Shown: positions 25,551 to 35,691 of the stretch, one piece after another | How the letters are laid out: each line of letters begins with the position of its first letter | Numbering within the stretch: the first letter of the stretch is position 1 | Assembly: GCF_037126435.1 (NCBI RefSeq) | Contig: NZ_CP147020.1 | Location: forward strand, 1,907,293-1,971,292 | DNA: 64,000 bases | Reading direction: 5' to 3' | Origin: Bernardetia sp. ABR2-2B | GTDB lineage: Bacteria; Bacteroidota; Bacteroidia; Cytophagales; Bernardetiaceae | Notes under the pieces: model-generated | The model's database searches: none | What the model was told of the DNA's origin: nothing | Seen by the model: only the letters and a program-made list of their open reading frames with translations | Position numbers and translations under genes: made by a program

Positions 25551-27743
25551 TTATTTTTTAGGCAAATATTGAGGATCGACCTTCTCTACATCTGTTCCTA
25601 AGCGTTGTAAGTAGGCAATAATGGCGATAATTTCTCTGTCTGCTTTGACTTCAATGTTATCATTTGCCAATCTTTCTTGAATTCCTGCTGCTTGTTTTGC
25701 CATATCTTCGTGTACTTTTTTCTCAAATCCTTTTGGATAAGGAACACCTAAATTTTGCATCGCTTTTATTTTTCGTTCTGTAAGCGACGTATTCAACTGG
25801 TTTTCGATGAGCCAATAGTATGGAGGCATAATCGAACCGGGAGAAGTAGATTGAGGGTCGTACATGTGATTGAAATGCCAAGAATCAGGCATTTTTCCAC
25901 CTTCACGCTGCAAATCAGGTCCTGTACGTTTCGATCCCCACAAGAACGGACGGTCATAGACAAACTCTCCTGCTTTAGAATAATCTCCATAGCGTTCGGT
26001 TTCATCTCTAAAAGGTCGTATCATTTGAGAATGACAAACAGCACAGTTTTCACGAATATAAATATCACGTCCTTCTAGCTCTAAAGGCGTATAAGGTTTG
26101 ACGGCTGCAATAGTAGGTACATTTGAGCGAATCAAAAATGTAGGAACAAACTCAATAAATCCACCAATAAGAATAGCTACCGTACTCCAAAATAAAAGTT
26201 GCAATGGACGTTTTTCAATCCACGAATGCCAATGTCCACCCTTTTCTTTTTCTTGAACTTTGATAGCTGGTGCAGATGCTTTTTCTTCTGGAATGAATCT
26301 ACCTTGTTGTATAGTTCTGAAAATATTATAAATCATAATCAAAACACCAATTATGTAAAGCAATCCACCAAAAGCTCGCATATAATACATTGGTAAAATC
26401 TGTGTAACAGTTTCTAAAAATTCATACTTTAAGAAACCAGCAGGTGTAAATTCTTTCCACATCAAACTCTGCGTCCAGCCTGCCCAATAAATCGGGATTG
26501 CATAGAATAAAATTCCTAATGTACCAATCCAAAAATGAGTATTTGCTAATTTTGTAGAGAATAATTTTGTACTGAAAAGACGAGGCATTAGCCAATATAA
26601 CATTCCAAAAGTCAAGAAACCATTCCAACCTAATGCGCCAACATGTACGTGAGCAATTGTCCAGTCTGTATAATGACTAATTGCATTTACATTTTTGAAA
26701 GAAAGCATAGGACCTTCAAAAGTAGCCATACCATATGAGGTAAGAGCGACAACAAAAAACTTCAAAACAGGGTTTTCACGTACTTTGTCCCATGCACCAC
26801 GCAAAGTAAGAAGTCCGTTGAGCATTCCACCCCAAGATGGAGCAATCAGCATCAATGAAAAAACAGTTCCTAACCATTGCGCCCAATCTGGTAAAGCTGT
26901 ATAAAGCAAGTGATGAGGACCTGCCCAGATATAGATAAAAATCAATGCCCAATAGTGAATAATAGAAAGTCGATAGGAATATACAGGGCGATTAGCAGCC
27001 TTTGGAACAAAGTAATACATCAGTCCCAAATACGGAGTAGTCAAGAAAAATGCAACGGCATTGTGTCCGTACCACCATTGAACAAGCGCATCCTGAACGC
27101 CTGCATAAAGCGAATAACTCTTGGTAAGTGAAACAGGATATTCCATTGAGTTTACGATATGCAAAACTGCCACCGTAACAAATGTAGCAATGAAAAACCA
27201 AATCGCAACGTACAAATGTTGTTCTCTACGTTTGATAATTGTTCCCATCATATTTACACCAAAAACAACCCAAATAAGTGCAATAGCAATATCTAAAGGC
27301 CACTCTAATTCTGCGTATTCTTTGGATGTATTATAACCCAAAAATAAGGTAACAGCAGCAAAAACAATGATAAGTTGCCACGCCCAAAAGTGAATTTTAC
27401 TCAATATATCGCTATACATACGAGCTTTACAAAGTCGTTGAAGGGAGTAATACACACCCATAAAAATCCCATTTCCTACAAACGCAAATATAACAGCGTT
27501 GGTATGAACAGCACGAACACGCCCAAAGGTAAAATATTCTGTAAAATTAAACATCGGATGCGCCATCTGAAGAGCAGCCAGTAAACCGACAACCATTCCG
27601 ATAAGTCCCCAAAAGGTAGTTGCATAAGCAAAGTTTCTGACAATAGTATTATCATAAGAAAAATGCTCTAGTTGTAAGCCTTCCCATTTTTTCTTTATAG
27701 GGGGACTTTCCTGTGTAATTTGGTTGGAGGTTTGATTTTCCAT
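25551..27743 (-). CDS. ccoN: cbb3-type cytochrome c oxidase fused subunits I+II (CcoN-CcoO)
   Basis: 730 aa. N-terminal 12-TM heme-copper oxidase region with His ligands, C-terminal CcoO-like domain with 'CAVCHS'. Fusion is typical of Bacteroidetes. Confidence 0.9.
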   Translation of the reverse strand: MENQTSNQITQESPPIKKKWEGLQLEHFSYDNTIVRNFAYATTFWGLIGMVVGLLAALQMAHPMFNFTEYFTFGRVRAVHTNAVIFAFVGNGIFMGVYYSLQRLCKARMYSDILSKIHFWAWQLIIVFAAVTLFLGYNTSKEYAELEWPLDIAIALIWVVFGVNMMGTIIKRREQHLYVAIWFFIATFVTVAVLHIVNSMEYPVSLTKSYSLYAGVQDALVQWWYGHNAVAFFLTTPYLGLMYYFVPKAANRPVYSYRLSIIHYWALIFIYIWAGPHHLLYTALPDWAQWLGTVFSLMLIAPSWGGMLNGLLTLRGAWDKVRENPVLKFFVVALTSYGMATFEGPMLSFKNVNAISHYTDWTIAHVHVGALGWNGFLTFGMLYWLMPRLFSTKLFSTKLANTHFWIGTLGILFYAIPIYWAGWTQSLMWKEFTPAGFLKYEFLETVTQILPMYYMRAFGGLLYIIGVLIMIYNIFRTIQQGRFIPEEKASAPAIKVQEKEKGGHWHSWIEKRPLQLLFWSTVAILIGGFIEFVPTFLIRSNVPTIAAVKPYTPLELEGRDIYIRENCAVCHSQMIRPFRDETERYGDYSKAGEFVYDRPFLWGSKRTGPDLQREGGKMPDSWHFNHMYDPQSTSPGSIMPPYYWLIENQLNTSLTERKIKAMQNLGVPYPKGFEKKVHEDMAKQAAGIQERLANDNIEVKADREIIAIIAYLQRLGTDVEKVDPQYLPKK

Positions 27744-27844
27744 AGATTATTTATGTAGGTTGAGATGTAGAATTGTAGATGTATTTCTGATTGATTTTTT
27801 TTTAAATTTATGCAGACAAGGTTAAAACCGTATTTTTTATTCTA

Positions 27845-28024
27845 CTTAGTTTCTTCTGCTTCTGTGTCCTGATTTGCTATTTCATTATCATCAAATAAAA
27901 TTCTGATGCTTGGTGTATAAGTATCTTCGTATTGATTATCTTTTACTGACCAAAAAAAAGCAGCCAAAAAGCCTAAAGCGACAATCAAACTACAAATCAC
28001 TAAGACAATTAAAACTTGCATATT
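27845..28024 (-). CDS. ccoS: cbb3 oxidase maturation protein CcoS (59 aa, below track size cutoff)
   Basis: Reverse-strand translation 'MQVLIVLVICSLIVALGFLAAFFWSVKDNQYEDTYTPSIRILFDDNE...' matches the CcoS signature (FFWAVKSGQYDD...ILFDD). Confidence 0.6.
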
Positions 28025-28075
28025 TTTTGATTATTTGAGTAAAAACCATCAAAAAAAGATTGCTAATGACTTTTT

Positions 28076-28162
28076 CTGATTTTCTATGCTACAAATTTAA
28101 GCTCCTTGATGCTCCAGAAATAGGAGAGGTTTCAGTATGAAATATGACTTTTGACAGGTTTT
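28076..28162. promoter_or_regulatory. Copy A of duplicated ~87-bp upstream element (upstream of ccoS)
   Basis: Shares 'tgattttctat(g/a)ctacaaattta ... tttcagtat(g/a)aaa(t/g)at ga(c/t)t(t/c)ttgacaggtttt' with copy B. Reverse complement carries 'TAaaTTTG', a Bacteroidetes -7-like motif. Confidence 0.4.
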
Positions 28163-28185
28163 GGTCTTGAAGCCCCTTAAGGTTC

Positions 28186-28222
28186 AAACAAAGAAAAACA
28201 CCTTCCTTTTTTAGAAAGGTGT
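28186..28222 (-). terminator. Rho-independent terminator of the 81-aa gene
   Basis: On the minus strand: 'acacctttc-taaaaaa-ggaaggtgt' hairpin followed by 'ttttctttgttt'. Confidence 0.5.
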
Positions 28223-28249
28223 CTATAAGAAATGATTGAAATTTTATGT

Positions 28250-28495
28250 TTATTTGTTGCCAAACATTGTACGGCTGTTGCTATAAATAGTCAGAGCTGC
28301 TATTACGAGCAGAACACCTACAAAGACAATCAGTCCACAAACAATAAGCATCTGAATTTCTTGCAACGTGATAGTAGCTTTACCTGTTGGAGTTTGAGCA
28401 AAAGTAGAAGTAGAAAATAACATTGTTAGCATAAAAAAGAAAACACTAACAATTTTAGAAGATTTTACGAGTAGAGAAACAACTGTATTTTTCAT
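28250..28495 (-). CDS. Small membrane protein (81 aa), hypothetical
   Basis: Signal/TM 'VFFFMLTMLFSTSTFA' plus second TM; has its own terminator and a duplicated upstream element. Confidence 0.35.
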   Translation of the reverse strand: MKNTVVSLLVKSSKIVSVFFFMLTMLFSTSTFAQTPTGKATITLQEIQMLIVCGLIVFVGVLLVIAALTIYSNSRTMFGNK

Positions 28496-28593
28496 CTTAT
28501 TATGGGTTTTTGAAATGTATAGTAAAAATGATTTGTTTTGAAATTTAAAATCTAAAAATCATTAGAGTAGATTTTTTTTCTAAGAACTCTTTA

Positions 28594-28680
28594 TTGATTT
28601 TCTATACTACAAATTTACGGCACTCAAACAGCCTAAAATAGAAGCTTTTTCAGTATAAAAGATGATTCTTGACAGGTTTT
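28594..28680. promoter_or_regulatory. Copy B of duplicated ~87-bp upstream element (upstream of the 81-aa gene)
   Basis: See copy A; ends exactly at the REase gene stop. Confidence 0.4.
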
Positions 28681-29777
28681 TAATTTAAATACTTCTTTAT
28701 GAGTTGATTCCATTTTTCTTTATGTATTTTCTTTAGTTCTGTGTCATTTTGAACTAAAAGACTATAGTTTTCCACAAAATCACTCAAAGAACTTATCAGT
28801 CTTAAATAATATTTTATTGTTGGCAAAATTCCGTTTACTATAATCTGACAGCCATGTTCTACTTTCATTTTTGCTACTAACCCTTCAATGATATGATTCT
28901 CCTCTTGCTTTATCTCATAAGAAAGAATATAATATCTATTTGGATTATACCTTTTAATTTTCTCAATAGCTATTCTAACCATATTTGCATCTATCGGCTT
29001 GTCTAATTTTACCTCTACGGCTTCAAAGAGTTGTTTTTTCTTAAAAATTTCAATATCTCCAGCCGTTTTTGAAGTTCTATCAGATGCTGTATGACTTCCC
29101 AAAGGAGATAAAGCACAGTCTGAATACCTGCTCATTTCAAAAACTACGTTTTGATAAACAGCAAAAAGAGCTAAAACAGGAAGTTTAGAACCTCCTGCTA
29201 TTTTGTATTTAAAATAAAAATGTTCGTCTAAAGCTTTGTAAATTTTATCAATGCTAACTTTTTCGACATCTTTCAATGGAGTTATTTTTACAATGGAATC
29301 TTTTTGTATTTGAATAGCCTTTGATAATAATAGACGTAAAATATTCCTTGCAGTATTTGGTTTTTTTTCTATAACATCAAGAATATTCAAAAAGGCTTCT
29401 TTTACTTTTTTGTTACTGATTTTTCCATTGTAATTTAAAGTATAGGGATAAGGCTGTTCTAACGAACGAGTAAGCCAACCACTTTCAGCCATAGAAGGTA
29501 ATCCTAATTCTTTCAAAGTAGGTGTAATAAACTGTGTATCTATCGAACGACCAGAAAAACCATCTTTCATTCCTGACTGATGATAACGAATATCTTGTTT
29601 TGGTTCAATTAATTTATGAGTAAGCAAAGTAACCAAAACAGTAAATACTCCTTTCTGACTTTTGATATTTTTACTTATAGATTGTATATAATCTTGTGTT
29701 TTAGCATCTACATTCTTGATGTCAAGAAGAGAAGAAGAGAGAGTGTAAATCTCCTTCAATTTGTCTTTGTGATTCAT
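28680..29777 (-). CDS. Putative type II restriction endonuclease (partner of adjacent C5-MTase)
   Basis: 365-aa ORF immediately downstream of, and overlapping by 56 nt with, a C5-MTase gene on the same strand. No recognisable motif; assignment by context only. Confidence 0.4.
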   Translation of the reverse strand: MNHKDKLKEIYTLSSSLLDIKNVDAKTQDYIQSISKNIKSQKGVFTVLVTLLTHKLIEPKQDIRYHQSGMKDGFSGRSIDTQFITPTLKELGLPSMAESGWLTRSLEQPYPYTLNYNGKISNKKVKEAFLNILDVIEKKPNTARNILRLLLSKAIQIQKDSIVKITPLKDVEKVSIDKIYKALDEHFYFKYKIAGGSKLPVLALFAVYQNVVFEMSRYSDCALSPLGSHTASDRTSKTAGDIEIFKKKQLFEAVEVKLDKPIDANMVRIAIEKIKRYNPNRYYILSYEIKQEENHIIEGLVAKMKVEHGCQIIVNGILPTIKYYLRLISSLSDFVENYSLLVQNDTELKKIHKEKWNQLIKKYLN

Positions 29778-30756
29778 TAATTAATAAATTTTGTTCTTTT
29801 ATACTTTCTGCAATAGCTCTTATAACAGGAATAGCAACAGAATTTCCAATTTGCTTATAACGTTCGCCCGTATTTGGATGCTTTATAAAATTACTATCAA
29901 AACCCATTATTCTATAACATTCATTGATAGTTAGTTTTCTGACAGCACCTAATTCTGGAATATAAATAAAAAAACGTCCTGCTGTTTCTTGTGAGGGAAT
30001 TGTTGGATGTGTTCCATCAATAGAATAGATACGATTTGGTTGTCTGTGAACTCTTGAAAGATGTTCTGTATTTTCTCTTACTCCTTTTTTCCAAATATTC
30101 TTGTTACGATACCCTACGAAAAGCAAACCACTAGCTTGTTTTCTTGGTGTATTGATAAGTGTATATTCTGACTTTTCTAAAAATTCAAACTCTCCTTCTG
30201 TATCTAAAAAATCTTTTAAAATGACTTTCTTTTTTGTTTTTAACTTAGAGAAATTGAAGTAATGATTTTTTGTAGCAATAATAAAAATTCGCTCTCTATT
30301 TTGAGGAAGTCCAAAGTCTTTTGCATTCAAAATTTTATGAGTAACATTATACCCTAAATTATTTAAGGCTTTCAAAATAGTAGTGAAAGTTCTCTTTTTA
30401 TCATGATGAATAAGATGTTTTACATTTTCCAATACCACTACACTTGGTTGCTTTTCGTCTATAATTTGACAAATATCAAAAAATAAAGTTCCTCTAGTAT
30501 CCTCAAAGCCTTTCTTTTTACCAGAAATACTAAAAGGCTGACAAGGAAATCCTGCTAATAAAATATCAAAATCAGGAATCTCTTTTGGATTGATTTGGGT
30601 AATATCTCCATAAGGTTTCTCTCCAAAATTAGTTGAATACACCTCTTGACATTTCTCGTTTATTTCAGAAGTAAAAACGCATTCAAATCCTGCATCTTCA
30701 AAACCTTTTCTAAAACCTCCAATTCCTGCAAATAAATCTATAAATTTGTATTTCAT
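29722..30756 (-). CDS. DNA (cytosine-5)-methyltransferase
   Basis: Motif I 'DLFAGIGGF', motif IV 'GFPCQPFS', motif VI 'ENV', in canonical order. Confidence 0.9.
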   Translation of the reverse strand: MKYKFIDLFAGIGGFRKGFEDAGFECVFTSEINEKCQEVYSTNFGEKPYGDITQINPKEIPDFDILLAGFPCQPFSISGKKKGFEDTRGTLFFDICQIIDEKQPSVVVLENVKHLIHHDKKRTFTTILKALNNLGYNVTHKILNAKDFGLPQNRERIFIIATKNHYFNFSKLKTKKKVILKDFLDTEGEFEFLEKSEYTLINTPRKQASGLLFVGYRNKNIWKKGVRENTEHLSRVHRQPNRIYSIDGTHPTIPSQETAGRFFIYIPELGAVRKLTINECYRIMGFDSNFIKHPNTGERYKQIGNSVAIPVIRAIAESIKEQNLLINESQRQIEGDLHSLFFSS

Positions 30757-31039
30757 TTTTACTTTACTCTATTTCAAAATTAAATCTATCATAAAATTAC
30801 AAATTTATTTCTAAACGAACCTCCTACAAACCGTTCAACACCTAGAAAGAAAACAGATCAAGAGCATTGTGATTATATCATTAACTTTTTGGAAGAGAAT
30901 AAAATATCAAATTCATACTTACAAGACTGGAAAAACATAAAGTTAATATTTTCACCCCAAAAGCTGACAAAATTCATTTTTTAAGGACTTTTTCAGAGGT
31001 AGTTTTGTCATTATCTAAAAACTATGAAGTTTAATAGTT

Positions 31040-33505
31040 ATGGCAACAGCAGTAGCATCTCAAGAAACAGCACACAAACAAGCAGAACAAAAACAGAACT
31101 GTTTTCATTGTGGAGACAAATGTCCTTCAACTCCTATTTTGTATGACGAAAAAGAATTTTGTTGTACAGGCTGCAAAACCGTATATACTATTCTCTCCCA
31201 AAACGGTTTGAAAAGTTATTATGCTCTTGACAAAGCTGGTATCTCTCCTAAATTGAATCAAAACCCAGAACAGTTTGCTTACTTAGATAATGAAGAACTA
31301 ATAGCACAGTTGGTAGATTTTACTGATGGAAACTTTACTCGTATTACATTTAACCTTCCTCAAATTCATTGTGCATCTTGCATTTGGCTATTAGAAAAAC
31401 TACCTCACTTATTTGAAGGCGTACAAGACTCCAAAGTAAATTTTTTAAGGCGAGAAGCAAATATTAGTTTTTATACAGATAAAATTTCACTTCGTAAACT
31501 TGTCGAATCGCTTTCTTCTTTAGGCTATGCTCCAGACCTTAAATTAGAATCTAAAAACAAGGAAAAAAAGAATAGTCTTCCTCCCAATTTTTTACTGCGT
31601 TTGGGTGTAGCTGGTTTTTGTTTTGGAAACTTGATGCTACTTAGTTTTCCAGAATATTTAGGCTTACCAATTGCAGAAGATGAATTTCCTCGTTTTTTTG
31701 GCTATCTAAATATCTTGCTTTCTTTGCCTGTTTTGTTTTTTAGTGGTGCAAATTATTTTAAAGATGCTTTTTATGCTCTCCGACATAAAACTCTAAATTT
31801 TGATGTACCGATTGCTCTTGGTATTTCGGCTCTTTTTGGACGAAGTGTGTATGAAATTTTGAGCCATACGGGAGCAGGATATTCAGATTCTTTGGCTGCT
31901 CTTATTTTTTTACTTTTAATAGGACAATGGTTTCAACGCCGAACTTTTGATAGCATTTCTTTTGAAAGAGATTATCAATCTTATTTTCCTTTGGCTGCTC
32001 TTTTAGAAACACAAGAAAACAATCAGAAAGTTATAAAGTCTATTTCTTTATCTGATTTGAAAATAGAAGATATTGTTATTGTAAAAAATGGGCAACTTAT
32101 TCCAGCAGACGGAGAACTTTTGGAAGGAAAAGCACAGATAGATTACAGTTTTGTAAGTGGAGAAACCAAACCCATAGAAGCAAAAAAAGGAGAACGACTT
32201 TATGCTGGAGGAAGACAATGGGGTGAGCCTCTACGTATAAAATTACTCAAAACAGTTTCACAAAGCTATTTGATGCAACTTTGGAACAATGAAGCTTTTG
32301 ATAAAGACAACAATCATTTGCTCAAAAACATAACACAACGTTGGGGTAGAAACTTTACAGTTTTTGTGCTTTTGGTGGCTTTTTCAAGTGCTGTTTACTG
32401 GCTTTTTATAGCAGGTTGGCAGGAGGCAATTAATGTCTTTACTTCGGTTTTGATTGTGGCTTGTCCCTGTGCCTTGGCTCTCAATGCGCCTTTTGCCTTT
32501 GGAAATGCCAGACAAATATTAGCAAAGCATCTTTTTTTCTTAAAAAATACAGATGCAATTGAAGGCTTAGCAACAAAAAATGCTCATTTGGTTTTTGATA
32601 AAACGGGAACGCTTACTACCTCTACACCGAAAGCAGTTTGGGTAAGTTGGAATAATAAAAAAGCAGAGTTAGAAGTAACAGAAAAGCAAATTTTGGCTGC
32701 TCTTTCTTCGGCATCGCTTCACCCTATCAGTAAAGCTATTTATGAATCTGTTTATGAAGTTGGTGAGGGAATAATTTATGATTTTGAAGAAAAAATAGGT
32801 TTCGGAATACAAGGAAAAACAAAAGAAAAAGGTAAAGAACAACTTTGGAAAATTGGAAATGCTGACTTTGTAAATTACAAAACAAAAATTGAGAATAGCC
32901 AAACATCTAAAGTTTTTATTAGTAAAAATGGAATTATAAAAGGTTATTTTAGGCTTTCTAATCCTCTTAGAAATGGCACTTTCAAACTCTTAGAACAGCT
33001 TAAAGCAAAAAAAGTCCAACTCTCTTTACTTTCAGGAGACAATGAATCTGAAAAATCTCGTTTTATAAACATTTTTGGAGAACAACATTTGCATTTCAAT
33101 CAAAAACCAATTGACAAACTTAGCTTTCTCAAAAAACTTACTTCTAAGAAAACAGAATCTATTTTTATGATTGGAGATGGATTGAACGATGCAGGAGCAT
33201 TAAAACAATCTGATTTTGGCATTGCGATAAGTGAACATCAAGAACAATTTTCTCCAGCCTGTGATGCTATTTTGAGAGCCGAAGCATTACCAAAGTTAGC
33301 TAAGTTCATGAAATACGCTCGTCAGACAATAAATGTGGTGCGTTTGGGACTTTGTATTTCTCTTTGTTATAATTTAGTCGGACTTAGCTTTGCTGTGAGT
33401 GGTACGCTTTCACCTTTGGTAGCTGCTATCTTGATGCCTCTTTCTTCGGTAAGTGTAGTCGGATTGGGCATATTTATGACGTGGTTTTTGGGAAAGAGAC
33501 TTTGA
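31040..33505 (+). CDS. ccoI: Heavy-metal (Cu) translocating P1B-type ATPase, CcoI/FixI-like
   Basis: N-terminal Cys-rich 'CFHCGDKC...CCTGCKTVY', TM 'CPC' ('IVACPCALAL'), 'DKTGTLT' phosphorylation site, 'GDGLNDAGAL' hinge; adjacent to cco genes. Confidence 0.85.
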   Translation: MATAVASQETAHKQAEQKQNCFHCGDKCPSTPILYDEKEFCCTGCKTVYTILSQNGLKSYYALDKAGISPKLNQNPEQFAYLDNEELIAQLVDFTDGNFTRITFNLPQIHCASCIWLLEKLPHLFEGVQDSKVNFLRREANISFYTDKISLRKLVESLSSLGYAPDLKLESKNKEKKNSLPPNFLLRLGVAGFCFGNLMLLSFPEYLGLPIAEDEFPRFFGYLNILLSLPVLFFSGANYFKDAFYALRHKTLNFDVPIALGISALFGRSVYEILSHTGAGYSDSLAALIFLLLIGQWFQRRTFDSISFERDYQSYFPLAALLETQENNQKVIKSISLSDLKIEDIVIVKNGQLIPADGELLEGKAQIDYSFVSGETKPIEAKKGERLYAGGRQWGEPLRIKLLKTVSQSYLMQLWNNEAFDKDNNHLLKNITQRWGRNFTVFVLLVAFSSAVYWLFIAGWQEAINVFTSVLIVACPCALALNAPFAFGNARQILAKHLFFLKNTDAIEGLATKNAHLVFDKTGTLTTSTPKAVWVSWNNKKAELEVTEKQILAALSSASLHPISKAIYESVYEVGEGIIYDFEEKIGFGIQGKTKEKGKEQLWKIGNADFVNYKTKIENSQTSKVFISKNGIIKGYFRLSNPLRNGTFKLLEQLKAKKVQLSLLSGDNESEKSRFINIFGEQHLHFNQKPIDKLSFLKKLTSKKTESIFMIGDGLNDAGALKQSDFGIAISEHQEQFSPACDAILRAEALPKLAKFMKYARQTINVVRLGLCISLCYNLVGLSFAVSGTLSPLVAAILMPLSSVSVVGLGIFMTWFLGKRL

Positions 33506-33802
33506 GAAAAAATTGGCTCTCTGACAATATTTGCATTATCTCGTTGAAGAAACGTCAACAACGGCAGATAATATTTTTCGCATACAAAACAATCATACAC
33601 TAATATTACTGATTAAAAAAAATAATTTCTTGAAGATATACTAATAAACATCTGTTTTTAAAACTCAATTAGGACAAAGTATAACTTTTATAGTAGAAAG
33701 CCGTTTTGAAATAAGTTTTCCGATTTACATAAAATAAGTATAGTTTTGTAACGCATAACATTCTATACAACTATCATTTTTTAATTCCTTACGGCAAAAT
33801 CT

Positions 33803-34918
33803 ATGGCACTTCTATTTTTTTACGCTGCTATTTCCATTTTTTTCTCTTTTATGTGTTCTATTTTGGAGGCTGTCCTTTTGAGTATTACACCTACTTTTAT
33901 TAATGTTAAGAAAAAAGAGGGCAAACCTTATGCAGATACCTTAGAAAATCTCAAAAAAGATGTTGATAAGCCCCTCATTGCTATTCTTACTCTTAATACG
34001 ATTGCACATACCGTAGGAGCAATACTTGTAGGTGTACAGGCAGAGAGTTTGCCCTTCGAAATTAATATTTTAGGTATTAATATTGTCGGAATTGTATCGA
34101 CGATAATGACATTTCTGATTTTGGTAGTTTCTGAAATCATTCCCAAAACGATAGGCGCAACGTATTGGAAACAACTCGCTAACTTTACGTCTACTGCTCT
34201 TATTGTTATGATAGCTCCATTAAAATATACTGGCATTTTGTGGCTTTTGCAACTAACAACAAAAGTAATCGGAGGGGCGGGGCATCACGGTTCAGTGCTT
34301 AGTAGAGAAGATTTTTCAGCAATGACAGATATTGCAGAGAAAGAAGGAGTATTTGCAGAATCTGAGTCTAAAGTGATTAGAAACCTGCTCAACTTCAAAA
34401 AAATTCATACAAAAGATATTATGACTCCTCGTTCAGTAATAAAAATGGCAGCCGAAAAACAAACCATCAAAGAGTTTTTTGAAGCAAACCAAAATTTACG
34501 TTTTTCAAGGATTCCAGTATATCAAGCCAACTCAGATAATATCACAGGACAAGTTTTGAAAGATGATATTTTTAAGGAAATGGCAAATGGAAACGGAGAG
34601 AAAACACTTGCTGATATAAAAAGAGAAATTTTCTTTACCCAAAGAGACCGAAATATTCCAGATTTGTTTGACCAACTTATCGAAACCAAAAATCATTTGG
34701 CTATTGTGGTAGATGAATATGGTTCTGTAAGTGGACTGGTAACGATGGAAGATGTTATTGAAACGCTTTTAGGATTAGAAATTGTAGATGAGAGCGATAC
34801 AGAGTATGATATGCAAGAGTTAGCTAGGAAAAATTGGGAAAAACGAGCAAGGCGTTTGGGACTCATTGAGAAGGAAGACGAAAAGAAAGAAGAGATTAAA
34901 CCAGCCAAAGATGAATAA
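33803..34918 (+). CDS. CNNM/DUF21 transmembrane domain plus CBS pair protein (HlyC/CorC-family transporter-like)
   Basis: N-terminal 4-TM DUF21-like region followed by tandem CBS-like region ('IPVYQANSDNITGQV', 'LAIVVDEYGSVSGLVTMEDVIE'). Confidence 0.7.
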   Translation: MALLFFYAAISIFFSFMCSILEAVLLSITPTFINVKKKEGKPYADTLENLKKDVDKPLIAILTLNTIAHTVGAILVGVQAESLPFEINILGINIVGIVSTIMTFLILVVSEIIPKTIGATYWKQLANFTSTALIVMIAPLKYTGILWLLQLTTKVIGGAGHHGSVLSREDFSAMTDIAEKEGVFAESESKVIRNLLNFKKIHTKDIMTPRSVIKMAAEKQTIKEFFEANQNLRFSRIPVYQANSDNITGQVLKDDIFKEMANGNGEKTLADIKREIFFTQRDRNIPDLFDQLIETKNHLAIVVDEYGSVSGLVTMEDVIETLLGLEIVDESDTEYDMQELARKNWEKRARRLGLIEKEDEKKEEIKPAKDE

Positions 34919-35123
34919 AATTTGTGAGTTGTTGGTGTCACTATGCTAAAATGCCAACGGTGGCAGGAGATACAAGTAAAAGAATCATATAAAACACTTT
35001 TATCAAACAATTCGCTCAAACAAATGACTTTGTAAACTATAAGAATATGAATTGTATTAATATAAAATAATGTCTTTTTCGAATACTATTCTATTCAAAT
35101 TAATTATAAAAAAATAGAGCAAG

Positions 35124-35552
35124 ATGAAATTTTTTAGCAATGCCTTTTTAGTTTTTAGTTTTTGTATAATTATCAATTTTTTCTTGTCGTCTTGTACCGA
35201 CCCAAACGCCATAACTCAAAATGAATTTGATATGAAAGCGTGGAAAATGGACAGAAATGGATGTGAAAATGTACGTACAAAAATGTTAGAGAACTTGGAA
35301 ACCATCAAACCCAAATTAGAGGGTTTAGATGAAATAGATTTGAGAAAAATATTAGGAAAACCTGATTTTGCAGAACTTTACAGTCGTAATCAAAAGTTTT
35401 ATACCTATTATATTGATGCTTCTGAAGAATGTGATAACTCAAACTCTGAAAAGGTAAAAAACGGAGAACGCAGACTTGTTCAGATTCGTTTTGATGCTAT
35501 TAATGCTGTAAATGAGATTGTGGTAATTAGAGAAGAGCGAAATAAAAAATAA
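35124..35552 (+). CDS. Lipoprotein, hypothetical
   Basis: Signal 'FCIIINFFLSSCTD'. Confidence 0.4.
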   Translation: MKFFSNAFLVFSFCIIINFFLSSCTDPNAITQNEFDMKAWKMDRNGCENVRTKMLENLETIKPKLEGLDEIDLRKILGKPDFAELYSRNQKFYTYYIDASEECDNSNSEKVKNGERRLVQIRFDAINAVNEIVVIREERNKK

Positions 35553-35607
35553 GACTTTCACAAAATAATAATGTTGCAAAATTTTGTTCTTTGAAAACAC
35601 TTTTTTT

Positions 35608-35638
35608 CATAACGTAGGGTTTGCAAACTCTACGTTAT
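35608..35638. terminator. Perfect 10-bp-stem hairpin between convergent genes (possible bidirectional terminator)
   Basis: 'cataacgtag-ggtttgcaaact-ctacgttatg', preceded by T7 and followed by A-rich sequence. Confidence 0.35.
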
Positions 35639-35691
35639 GGAAAAACGAAATAATATTTTATTTAAAAGTTAATTTGCGAAAATTCTAAAAA

